NCBI GenBank assembly: GCA_964016885.1
Contig: OZ024745.1
Coordinates: 78,058,001 to 78,122,000 of the forward strand
Length of the DNA stretch: 64,000 nucleotides
Direction of reading: 5' to 3'
DNA from: Eledone cirrhosa
Lineage: Eukaryota
The stretch's first letter is position 1. Each line of letters begins with the position of its first letter. Shown piece after piece: positions 14,398-26,971 of this stretch. The translations under genes were made by a program, and so were the position numbers. A model generated the notes under the pieces. It saw nothing but the letters and a program-made list of their open reading frames with translations. It made no database searches and had not been told where the DNA came from.

Positions 14398-14590
14398 GGG
14401 CGGTGGATTGGCAGTATCGGTAGAGGGTTGGACGCCATGCTTTCCAGCATAGTTACGTCCCTTTACGATCTGAGTTCAAATCACGCCGAAGTTGACTTTG
14501 CCTTTCATCCTTACGAGGTCGATAAAATAAAGTACCAGTAATGCACTGGGTAATTGCTGGCCTTGTGCCTCAAGTAGAAACAATTATTAT
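14398..14590 (+). mobile_element. tRNA-derived SINE with TSD attattattcttcgt
   Basis: Family match; duplicated flank. Confidence 0.9.
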
Positions 14591-14620
14591 TCTTCGTTCT
14601 GGTTCAATAAAACAAGTGGT

Positions 14621-14727
14621 AATAATTGTTTCTACTTTTGGCACAAGGCCAGCAATTACCCAATGCATTACTGGTACTTTATTCTATCGACCCCGGAAGG
14701 ATGAAAGGCAAAGTTAACCTCGGCGGG
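14621..14727 (-). mobile_element. 5'-truncated SINE with TSD aaacaagtggtaataat
   Basis: 3' half of the SINE; 17-bp duplication on both sides. Confidence 0.85.
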
Positions 14728-14963
14728 AAACAAGTGGTAATAATATACTGAGGTAAGCGGCGAATTGTAACGTCGTATTGAATGCTTTGGTGTATTTTTT
14801 GTGGCTCTCAATGCTCTAGGGTCGATTCTTTCTCTACATCTCTGTCTCACGCTCTTTCTTTTTCCGGAAGAAATCAGTTGTGTGCATAACTGGAGAAGGG
14901 TGGTTTCTGACAGGTTTGAAATGTCCAGGAAACCACGTATGTCACTATGGGACCCCCAGAAAT

Positions 14964-15030
<67 letters not shown>

Positions 15031-15038
<8 letters not shown>

Positions 15039-15375
15039 ATATTAACAAATGGAAACTATATTTATAAAACCATATTTATTTCATTATACATATTTCAAGG
15101 GCCACCAGAGCAAACTATGGTGCGCTTTCATCAGATAAAATATAATATAGGTTAGTTTTATAAATAAATATTGACATACCCTTAAAAAATGCAACCATTC
15201 TGGTTGGAATCTCCTGGTGGCCCTTGAAATATGTATAATGAAATAAATATGGTTTTATAAATATAGTTTCCATTTGTTAATATATTGTATATTTACTCCA
15301 ATAATTTGTTGAGTGCTTTATATCAGTTATAAAAATATTTTGCTTGTTGTAACCCAACAAATTAAATATAACCTC

Positions 15376-15378
<3 letters not shown>
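15031..15378. mobile_element. Penelope-like pseudo-LTR remnant (inverted pair) embedded in (TA)n
   Basis: 15031-15110 is inverted at about 15210-15292; contains a hammerhead motif; (TA)n on both flanks. Confidence 0.65.
15079..15140 (-). ncRNA. Type I hammerhead ribozyme motif (minimal stem III)
   Basis: Minus strand: TTTTAT CTGATGA AAGCGCACCATAG-TTTG-CTCTGGTGGCCCTT GAAA TATGTAT A ATGAAA. Stems I-III pair and the core is canonical. Confidence 0.7.
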
Positions 15379-15418
<40 letters not shown>

Positions 15419-15419
15419 C

Positions 15420-16030
15420 TTCTACTGGGGTGAAGCCATGCTGAGTGTCAGCCATGAGGTCATTTTCCAAGAAGAAAGCGATTAGCTTCTTTCTGATGAT
15501 ACGTTCCATGACCTTACGGATATGCGAGGTCGGTGAGACCGGCCTCTGCCCTGCTTACTCCTTTATGGATAGGGCATATTATGCCTTCTTTTAGCTTACC
15601 GCTAGCCAGAGAACTTCTGAAGTGAATCATCAGTGGTCTTGCTAAGGCACGCTTGCATGTTTTTAGGAGAATTGCAGGGAATCCTTCAGGTTCAGCAACT
15701 GGGTTTGCTCTCATTTCTTCTCTGGCTGATATTACTTCTTCCTCCGTTATATCCATATGGTTGATGGTCGCTATTTCTCCGTATAAGAATTCCTCTGGCT
15801 TTGTTATTTTCATGTGCCTCATTTGGGAGTGTGAAAACAACTATGTACTGTTCATTCAGTAATTCATTTATCCCTTGAGTCAGTGTGCCATTTTTATAGA
15901 AAATGGCCCAATCTTGCAATGTAACGAGGCAGTCGCTTTTGCAAATTTAAAGAAGGCCTTAGGATTTGTCTGTGTATCTTCTGTGGCCTTCCCTTCTCCC
16001 TCTGCCCTCTTCTTTTCATGGAAAAGTTTG
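15420..16030 (-). pseudogene. Decayed CR1/Jockey-group LINE ORF2 (RT N-terminal region)
   Basis: EPEGFPAILLKTCKRALARPL...IICPIHKG, then VMERIIRKKLIAF...TQHG; frameshifted. Confidence 0.8.
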
Positions 16031-16806
16031 AGGGCAGTTTTAATTCAAGCAGTGCCGATCCGAGAAAATCGTTTGTGTTATCTTTACATTCTGGATGAGC
16101 ACAATGTTATTTGTAAAGTAGTGATCCAGGACATTCTCACCTCTTGTTGGGTAAAAAGAATTTTTGTTTTTTTTATTTTCTTCTCAGAAACCTATGGTAT
16201 TCTACATGTAAAACTGGGGCTGCGTCTTAGATCCAATATAAAATTACTTTTATATATCAAGATATAACTAAGATCTTGTGTGTCAATGTGAAGATTTAGA
16301 TGAAGATAACATCGTTTTACTTGACACTCAAAATTCTAATGTGATACAGGAAATATGCTTAGATAAGGTGAAACCAAAATACCGTATTCCATTACACAAG
16401 TCGAAAACATTGCTCATATCTCAGAATCTGCCACCTTAACTGATCATCCCGCATACATAGTTCAATTACAGCAGCGTATATGTTTCATAAAATATATTGT
16501 CATAGGAATTTCTTTCCGAAGTTTAAATAACACGCAATTTTGTGTCCCTCAAAGTGACACCCTAGATGCCATTATTTTTTGAATGTTTTTACATTTTATA
16601 ATATTTGATCTTTACACTTAACAAATGACCTATAATCATTAGGCAAATGGTTAATTCATATTACATTATCAAGGGTATACTATACATTTATGCTCTCAAT
16701 ACACCAGCTGTCGGATGAATAAAATATAGTAATTCGGCAATTCTCAAATATTTCTAATTTACATTTTACCGTCTCCAAACGTCAATTGTAGTACTCAAAG
16801 CTGGCT

Positions 16807-16864
<58 letters not shown>

Positions 16865-17205
16865 TCTCTATAAGAGTGCCCAAGTATTTGTGATAAGATT
16901 TGGAAATTACTCCGAGTTATTAGAATAAACACGACAGAGTTGAATAAAATGAAGGAATGTGATAGTAGTTCAAGAGTGAGTTAGGTGGGAGGCGGAAAGG
17001 TCAAAGTAGATGTGTTAGTCAGGAGCCTTATACAGGAATAGCGGTGGACATGTGAGGGATATCAATGTTGAAAGAGGTTATATCGAGAAAGGTAACAGGA
17101 ATATTGGAAAATGTAGAGGCAAATTCTAAAGGTGGGTGGAAGTCCAAATTTATAAATATTACTAATATACTTGATATGTATAAAATGGAAACCATTCATA
17201 CATAT

Positions 17206-17395
17206 AAATAATTGTTTCTACTTTTCGCACAAGGCCAGCAATTACCCAGTGCATTACTAGTACTTTATTTTATCGACCCAGTAAGGATGAAAGGCAAAGT
17301 TAACCTCGACGGGATTTGAACTCAGAATGGCAAGGGCCGTAACTCTATGCGTTAAAGCATGGCGTCCGACCCTCTATCGATACAGCCAATCCACC
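17206..17395 (-). mobile_element. tRNA-derived SINE
   Basis: Family match. Confidence 0.9.
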
Positions 17396-18014
17396 AAGCA
17401 GTTAAATGTCCGTGTGTAACATGTGGTGCGGTAAATAAAAAATATACATACCGTATACACCGGCTCCGAACACAAAAGAACCAAACTCCTACTGACACTG
17501 CCTCTGTCTCTTCTGCTCTCCCCATCTCTCGTTGAAATGAAGGTAACGTATTCAAATATCCAGTGGCACTGGCACTGATGCAGTTGTCATGGTAAATAAA
17601 TGAGAATTAAGTGCAACAAGTTAAGACAGAGTCTACAGAGTGATCAGGATGAATGGGTATATATTTCGCCTCAACTAGGTAATCCATCTGAAACGTTTCT
17701 TTCTCGTGATAAAAGATTTAATCCACTGTTTGGATTATTTCAAATAATTTACGTTTATTGACTAACTACAGTTAGTAATGAGTGTAACTACAATTTACGA
17801 AAGTCGACAAATATACTATTATCAGTAGATTTATTTCATGATATAACATTTAAATGTTTAGATCAGAAGATTATATGTTGAATGGAATATATAATATATT
17901 CCCTAAGATTGTTAGAACGTCTGAATCTTAATTATATATATATGTGTGTATGTAATACATATTTTACTGGCGTAACTTGATAAAATGTTTTCTGTCTGTC
18001 TCTCTCTCTCTCTC

Positions 18015-18146
<132 letters not shown>

Positions 18147-18984
18147 CGCGCGCATTACTTGGGATTCTGGGTATATCTTTGTAAGTCTGTAAACAGATGT
18201 ATACATAGAATCATATATAGCCACATACATTAATGTCAAATGAGTTATATTGACTTATGTTTGAAAGAAGTAAAATGATACAAGTATTTCAGTCAGCTTA
18301 TAAAATTTCCTAAAATCAAAACTCACTTTCACATAATTATTTTTTAAAGTACAAATACTGAACTGTATTTTCTTATGGTTCTTATGTACTTCAAGGTCAC
18401 TGTGACATTGAATATAAACTGGGTCTGCAATTAATATGAGTATTAAGCACCCGTCATAATAGAGTGCTGACAATAATGCTTTAATTGGTAGGCTCTCTCC
18501 ACCACAAATTTAAACATCGCCAATGCTGATACGTTTTAATACCAAACATCACTCTGTATTTGATACTTCTGGTAATATTGGAATATTTTCATATTCTAAA
18601 CACTTAGATAACAACATGTAATATGAAGGCTCTTTCGCTAGTAAAATCTTATAATGAGTTTTACAAATTATGACTATTGTGTAGTGTTAAGTGACCGCCC
18701 ACGAAGCTGCAATCGGTATATAGTATGTCCAGGGCCACGAAGATTAATTACACTCATCCTTTTTCATCTAAGTTATTGCCAGCAGTCAAAATGTTTAGGT
18801 AGGAGAAAAAAAGTGAAAGAATACAATGAACTGTCAATTTAACCTACATTGGAAACCATTTCTTAGGAGCTTATGACATTTCAATAGTGTTCTTAGTATA
18901 ACAGTATAGTAGATGTCGGATAGCTTCACAGACAGGGAGTAACATGACATTAAATGTATAATGAGTGTGTGCCTATGAAACATA

Positions 18985-19145
18985 TACACCAAAGGAACCA
19001 AACTCCCACTGTTACTGCCTCCGTCTCTCCCGCTCTCCCGCTATCATGAGCAAATGGGGACCCACGCGCTGGCCACCCCACGTCCCCGGCGAACAGAATA
19101 AAGAAGACGTTTCCCCGGAGGATGGTAAGGTAGACGCCCTGGAAA
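18985..19145 (-). mobile_element. Repeat family X copy
   Basis: Reverse complement of 283-435 and 32085-32260. Confidence 0.7.
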
Positions 19146-20799
19146 TAACTGAAAAATACATTAGACTCTCTAAAATACATTTGAAATATCTGTCGTCGGC
19201 GTTGTTGTTGTTTATTATAGGCTAGCTGTGACTAAGCAGAACTATAATCAAAGCCGTTCAAATATTGACCTTGCCGTCATTCGTTTATCTGATGCATACT
19301 TCGTTTTGTTAAACACAGTAAGTTATGATTTGAAGGTCTATAGAAGGTATATCTACGGGTTGATCGTTATCCCTATGTAGTTTTGGTATCTGGTGAATAA
19401 ATATGTTTATCTTTACAATTCTTGCAATTTTTCACGAACCATACACAGACTAGTTATTTTGAATATGCTGACAACTCCAGCTCTTTCAACGGTAAACAAG
19501 GTGGGAATATCAGTTTTATCAAGAATCTTGTTGATTTGATCTTCAAACAGATTCTTTGGTTCTGCTGACTTCGTGTTGATTTCCCAAATGATTTTACGGT
19601 TATAGACTGCTTCTAAGATATCTTAAAATCCATCGACGTGCCTTTCAGATGGTTATCCTCCAAGTAGCACAACATTGCTCCAAAGCTAAAAAACGATGCT
19701 ATCAAATATACGGACGAACATGTGTAAATAAATAACAGACGTCCATAAAAGAGAACACGAGATATGTAAGTACAGGGTTATGTAAAAACAAACAAAGACA
19801 GCATTTCCACTTTTATGAGCTTTAAAACGTGCTCAGCAAGGTAATTCAATTCATCTCAGTACATGAGTTCGCTTACACATTTCTCAATGTATGTGTGTTT
19901 TATTTTATCAAAAGTTTTATTTTGTTTTAGGAGATACAACATATAGTATGATGGTATTCTGAATCTGAATTAGATTCAAATAAAAATTAAAACAAAAAAT
20001 TTCGTTTTCGTGTGGAGGCAGTAATTGCTCAAAAGGGCAGACATATTGAGTGATAAATGTTTTTGTTGTAATAAATGTTACATTAAAATTATATCTGTCT
20101 ACTACCATTATTTTGATATTTACAACCAGTTTTATGCATCGTAAAAATTTCTCTGCAAGTCCCTATATTTCTCATATTGAGGAAAAGGACATGCTTTTGA
20201 ATAGATTGAGGATAGTGGATTGAATCTAACGAGTTGTGTTGTTGGTTCTAATTTTCGTAACTCAGGTGGACTGTGTCAGATTTGATACTAGAGTACCAAA
20301 GCAACTATCGTTTCTACTAATCCAATTATCCTGCCAATATTAAAAATAAAATTTGGAAAAATAGTAACGTATCGATTTCAAACCTATCAGATAATGTTTG
20401 GTGTATTCTCACAAGTACAGAATTAATTTTATTATCTAGACGGTTCTGTCAGTTGTGAAACTTTATTAAACGTTGTACCATGTCAAGACATTAAATGGTG
20501 AAATAAACAAACAAACAATTGTCGAAACATAGCATCAGATTATTGTTGGTTTTATTTCCTCTGTAACTACACTTTTCACTCAATTTTAACGTATCGCAGT
20601 CACATAAATCATTGTCCACGTGTCATCATAGTAGGGTTACTTAATAAAACGATACTTGTATTTTTTTTGTTTTTTTTAACGTAAAGCTCTGGTTTCAAAT
20701 ATTTCATAAGATGGATTTCATTTTTATAGTTATTATGCAAAAATAAGTAGATAAATAAATAATTCACGTTGCGAAGTATCACTCGAATACACTATAAGG

Positions 20800-21000
20800 T
20801 TGTTATTGTTTAGCCCCAAATCTCTACTGGCTGAAAAGGCCCATAATCAAAAGCGTTCCAGGTGTAACAATGCCACCGCTTTAGAGCTGTATAAGGCTAC
20901 ACTATCTAATGTATCCAAAGACACCAGGGTGTAATTTGAGTGAAATTGGCTTCCAATTTCAAATAGATTGGGTGTCCATGAAGATATTCCTTCAATGATC
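20800..21000 (+). mobile_element. Ancient dispersed repeat family Y (other copies about 19200-19385, 33540-33695 minus, 40670-40820, 45770-45985, 46685-46875)
   Basis: Shared degenerate motifs gttgttgtttagccc...atcaaa(g)cattccagcc...ttatccaatgtgtcc...gggtgtgatttga...atttctagcaggtcgag. Confidence 0.55.
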
Positions 21001-22388
21001 AACGTTGATCAAGTAATCATTCGATCAAAGATATTCTAGTCTTTTTATATGTATGTAGGTTTACCTTGTTGAAGAGAGTAGAAAGTTGTTTGAAGGAATT
21101 ATTGCATACAGGCATTGAATACAGGCACCAGTGTAACTACTTTCTGTAGTTTGAGCTTATATCTTGGCGTAGAGCTGGCTGTCACTCATTTGTTATGCCT
21201 TTTATGCCTTGATATATTACTTTATCGTCCTTTATCTGTTCTACCGCCGATAAGTTGAAAAATTCACATAATTTATTGGGTGGTCTGAATAACACTTAAA
21301 GACTTCGGTTAAATTTATGTATATAAAACAAGTTGGATGGTAGAGTTTAATCTGTTTCTGGGTGATAACCACAACATATTATTAACTCAGCATTGCAAGC
21401 TAACGAATACTCGTTAATTATAGCGACCATCTCAGATACGTATGGTACTCACATACAGAAAGGCAGACATTGCCAGCACGGTTAGTTATAGTGTGTCTTG
21501 ACTAGGGTCAGCAGAAAATAAACGTAAGATACGAACTTTCGGGCAGTCATTGTAATGGTGTGCGGACTAGAGGAAATCGTAGTTCACCTACATCGCAGGA
21601 CGTTTCACTGGTTGATCTCCTCCACAATGCCGTATGTCTGTGGTCCTTAAACACCCAGCCCAACTCTACCCTATCGCCAGAAAATATCCCGCCGTGTCCC
21701 CTATGCACGAAGCATAACATAACCATCTCCTTCCCCAACGATCGTAGACCAAAGAGGGCGAGATAATCTCACAACGCTGCTCTTACTCTCTGCTCTCCGT
21801 ATCGTGAAATCACTGTGTCCTGCTACTTCCTGAAAGGTCCTCCGGCCCCACGACGTCACTGGCCTTCATACTTTCGGCAAAGTTCAAGCCTCACATGATG
21901 AAAACAGAATTTAGAATCCTACACTTTATATTTGGTCTTCATCGCGCGTTACGAAGCTGCATATAGTAATGTTATTTCCAATTATCAGAAAACTTCATGA
22001 CCGCTTATTCTCCAATATCTGCTGGTTAAAAACCTCCGTTTCAATGACTCAGCTAAAAGATTTCCGTCGAGACTAAAGTTCAAACACACTAAGAGGTCGC
22101 TAGGAGGTCACAAGCCTATCTGTCTGAGAGTTGTAAGTAACTATGTATGTAGCCATGTGTTTACTAAGATTGTTATGTATAATGTGTATTTTTATGTGTG
22201 CGTTAAAGATAGAAAGTGCTTGAATATGTTTCAGTTTCAGTGAATCTGTCTTTGTGTATCAATGAAAGCATATAAACTTTTAAACATTTCTACACAAGCA
22301 TAGAAAATTATCGTTAAAATAGGCTAACAAACCTGATAACTCACACACACAAATATACACATACAGGTTCGAGCATTAAGTCCTGCGC

Positions 22389-22491
<103 letters not shown>

Positions 22492-22944
22492 CTCAAATGC
22501 AGCCATCTAAATACAAATAAACTGTCACATCTCTGACATTACACACATAAACCCCAACCTCACAGACATATCTACTTGTGTGTGTGTGTGTGTGTGTGTT
22601 CGTTTGTTTGCTTGCTTGGGTGGTTGTTTCTATGAGTATGTACATGTATATGTATATTGTAAAGATTAGAATGATCATTCCATCTCGGGTTGTTTACGAA
22701 GTTTGTTTAATAGGGGTTGTGTGTGTATATCTGACTAGATAATATCACCGGCTCTTTTTAGTCTCTTCATGCCTACAGCCCAGTTCCAGAATATCTTACT
22801 ATTCACCGTTCTCTACATGACCTCAATATGTTTATTATATATAAAGATCGTATGTTTAGAAAATGGTGAGCGGAATTTGAAAATTGAATTAGAAGATTTC
22901 GTCGTAACTTTGATCAAATAGAATAGTCTAATCATAACTGTAAG

Positions 22945-23458
22945 GAAACGGATGACCCTCAGCACACATGAGAATCCACACTCCTTGCTTGTCAGAAAAG
23001 TGCGCTATTGTACAAAGAAAACCCGAATCAGCTACAACGAATAAAGCGGAGCGTTGTCATGGTGCAGCTACCACGTTTATATGGTGCACATTCGGAATGC
23101 ACAACGCCTCGGTAATCGACAAAAGCAATTCAGCATGACCTTGATTTTGTTCTGCAACTCACGTGTTCTTTTGACCCTTCACAAACTCGGATGCGTTTAT
23201 TATGATAAGAGTCACAAACCCATGGTTCATTCCCAGTTATCATGACATTCAGGAATTCAGTATCCTTGTTGACAGTATTTAGCAGTTTCTGCGCAACACA
23301 AAAAGGAATGTATGTACAGAACCTTTACTGATCCTAACCTCCTCACTACTGTTCTCCATTATCAAGGTCCGCACTTTCATGATAACAACTGCATTACGGT
23401 CTCTCGTAACGATGGTCACTTTTCACCGATATATGGCCATCATTGAACCTGTTGCACT
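22945..23458 (-). pseudogene. Degraded mariner transposase
   Basis: Minus-strand fragments RFNDGHISVKSD.R, MITGNEPW (ITGDETW-like), KIKVML and LHHDNAP; many stops and deletions. Confidence 0.75.
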
Positions 23459-23714
23459 AATATCTTATAGTATATAGCCCACTCACCCCCTCAAAATAAA
23501 TAATAAATGAAATACAAGTCTAACGATAATGAATAGGAATCAGATTTAACATAGTTTCCATTACCAACGTTTGCAATAAAGCTACAATAAAAGGCAACGC
23601 TATAATCATTTCATTCGGGACTTGAAACTCCGATAAACTTGGAAAAGAAACCAAAATAAGTGTAAAAGTACAAAAATACCCTGTTATGTAGAGAATACAC
23701 TATGTAAAGGATAT

Positions 23715-23751
<37 letters not shown>

Positions 23752-23995
23752 GGAGAGAGAGAGAGAGAGGGAGAGAGAGAGAGAGAGCAAACAGAAAAGT
23801 GGGGTTATGTACAAACTAAACGTCAGAAAATAGTGACCAGCAAGATATTTGACATTCATCACACACGAATGCCCAGAGTCTAAGCTGAACGTTCATTATT
23901 TCTATGAATGTATAGACATCTATTAATTAGACATCTACCAATATTGTTTAGTGTATATTGACGTCATATATGCTTTGTTTCTTATTCCAGTATAA

Positions 23996-24349
23996 TCTAT
24001 ATATAAATTTGAGTGACTTCCGTCCGTCACACAATGTCTGTCTGTGTTTATCTGTGAATGTATGTTTGCGTTAAAGGAAGGAAGAGGATGGTGGTGAAAA
24101 ATCTATAGCAAAAGAGCATCTGGCGTTCCATTTGCTAAGCTGTGTGTGAGTGTATGTGTATGTGAGTTTGTGTAAATGTGTTCCATTTGCTAAGCTGTGT
24201 GTGTTTGTGCGTGGTAGTGTGAATGTATGTCCGTGAGTGTGTATTTTTGTAAGTGTGACTGTGTTTGCACGTTTTTATTTATATACTCATACATATAAAT
24301 TTATGCATATGCACACACACATGCGTCAGCATATGGAAACAAATTCTGG
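23996..24349 (+). mobile_element. Non-autonomous Helitron-like element (family H2)
   Basis: A|TCTATATATAAATTTGAG start, CTGG|T end; colinear with 51343-51675. Confidence 0.65.
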
Positions 24350-26908
24350 TATCTAAAACATGAAGCTGGAAGTCACATGAATTGTTCCCAGCTTTATTTA
24401 TATTTAAAAAAGAATAGCTGTATTTTCCATAATTAAAACGGAAATCAAAAGTAGAACTGATGCATAAGTGTGATTTCAAAAATATACTTATATGGGATGT
24501 TGAACAAGCAGAACATAAATTGCAAACACAAGCACACATACACCCTGACAGAACCCCATTCCTCCACATACATTTCTCTTTAAATGTGTACATGCATTTA
24601 TATAAACACATGTAACTGTACATACATGTAATCATTAACTCCTTGCAGAATTGTTAAATACATTACAACACACCATCACAGAACATACAGAAAAAACAAA
24701 CTTATACAGCTATCTACAAACAGTATATAATCGGGGAATCACATACAATTACGCCTCCCTGCCCACATCCGAAAGTAGGGTTAGGCGGCGGTTAAATTTA
24801 GAACCCTGATCACAGGTGTTTCACTATTCTTCCTTTGATAAGCCAAACACGTACATGCATGTGCACACAAGCTCAAATACGTATATACATACTTTACTTT
24901 CCAAACAAATACTCCATCACATAAATGCATATATGCACACACATTTACTCATGAATATCATCAAACACCATATGTTCAAAAGCACTTGCTTGTACACATA
25001 TAACTCTGCATGCATGTAACACTAATACGTATGTTTTATTCCGTATTTTGGACATACTCCCACATACATATATCATTTTATTTTCATGCAGACGATAACA
25101 AATATAAAGAATGTAGACAGTTTTCACGCCAGTAAGCCATTCATTGGCACACAGAATTAGACACAAATTCAGATACACATATAATTAAGATTTACTCGTA
25201 ACCATATTTCAAGAAAATATATAGATCCACCTCCCCTGTATTTTCACTACATGTTCCATTAAATATGTCGATGAATAGGCAAACGAAAATTATGTAGTTC
25301 ATATTTGCATCCTCCAAACCCCGGGGAGCAGTTAGCTTCATGTTCATGGTGTTAGCAGAAGAAGGTAATATTTTACAGCAGTTAGTACTCCAATCTACTA
25401 TATGCAACACATAATATTTTCAATAGACCTAGTACCGATCCATGTCGACATCTAGGTAAAAATAATAAATACAGTGGATTTGAACTTGTGCATACAAACA
25501 TTGAATGCTTTCAAAATGTTAATACCTCCAGACTCCAAACCAATATTTACAGTTAAATTCTAACCACTGGTCTTCTCGATTTCATTTCATTTTTATTATG
25601 TTACTTTTATACGATAAACAGAATACTTGACAGACCTAATCTAGCAAGTTATCTGAAAAATTCCTCGTCCTAGACTTGACGTATCTTTTTAATCTTCTTA
25701 AGTGATTTTTGAACATCCTGTTGCAGATTCTAGCTGTCAGCTATATTCCCCTAAATTATTCAGGTCTCACCCTTCCCGTTTTCTTTTCAAAACAATATAA
25801 TAAAAATTATAATAAAAATTATATTTAGTCCATGCTTTCTTGCTGCCATTATAACCATGGTCTGTGTTCGGCGCTGGTTTGGAATTTACCCAAGAAGAAG
25901 ATAGTGATAATGGATGAATTGCTCCGCGATTAATATTATTTCCTACATTAGGGTGGGAAGTAAAACAGACAATTCAAAAGAGATGTACATTCGTGAAGAA
26001 TCATCACAAATACTGTTTCAATAAAGTGACTTAGAACGTAGACATAGAAGAGGCGGTAAATCAAACGGGGAGTTTTCAATATTTTTCTCTTTATTTGGTA
26101 AATTATTGAGATTACATTTATGCTGAATGTGCATGTAAATATTGTAAAGACTGGCCAAAATATTTTTTTATTAGAAAATCGGAGGCTTCTCTATGTATGA
26201 GCTCATCTTATATTTTCAGAAACAAAATGGCAAATATGTTATTGAACTCTCAGATCTCAGTTCAAAACCCCTGAAAGCGTTTCGTAGTATTTGAACAAAA
26301 TATTGTATTCTACATGTCTCACTTTGCCTAGATGTCGAGAATAAAGATTTTAATTTCTTCGAAAATACCTGAGATAGACTGTCATCTGTCTTTTATCAGT
26401 CTATTTAGATTCATGCATACTTGACGTTTGAGATATATTATGATGGAGAATTTATGATATTTTGAAAGTTATGCGGATACACTCTTGCAAGGGTGCAATG
26501 GTTACAAAGTATTTATTACGAGAATATATTGTATTTCAGTGGAGTGATATAGAAGCTATTGTTAACTTCTTTGTTTGAAACAATTAATAACCTGATAGTT
26601 CAGATTATTTTCATCATGATGTTCGCAATTTTTTAAAATAAAAGAAAGAAATTTACAATTCATCAACGTATGCATATAAGAAAACAACGAAAAAGAAAGA
26701 GAAAAAAATTAAATAGCATGAGTAAGTGAAAGGTGGAATGGAGTGGCAGACTTGACATTCCACTCTAGGCTGTATATTTCAGCTGCGCCTCGCAGACAGA
26801 ATGGAGTTGTCGCAGAGAATAGCCATCAATACTCCTTGCATCAACCACTTTATCACAGAGGTATCCTTCCTCAAACTGGTTCCATTTCTTCCAGTTTTGC
26901 GTAGGAAA

Positions 26909-26971
26909 ATGTCAGTTCGCAGAGCGAGGAAACCGAAGGTCTCGGCGGCAAGAAGAGGAATCTTTATGAAG
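26909..26971 (+). CDS. Candidate first coding exon of an unidentified host gene (MSVRRARKPKVSAARRGIFMK)
   Basis: AAAATG start context, AAG|GTGGGT donor, non-repetitive GC-enriched sequence, TATA-like motif and CAGCTG about 130 bp upstream; no downstream exon identified. Confidence 0.35.
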
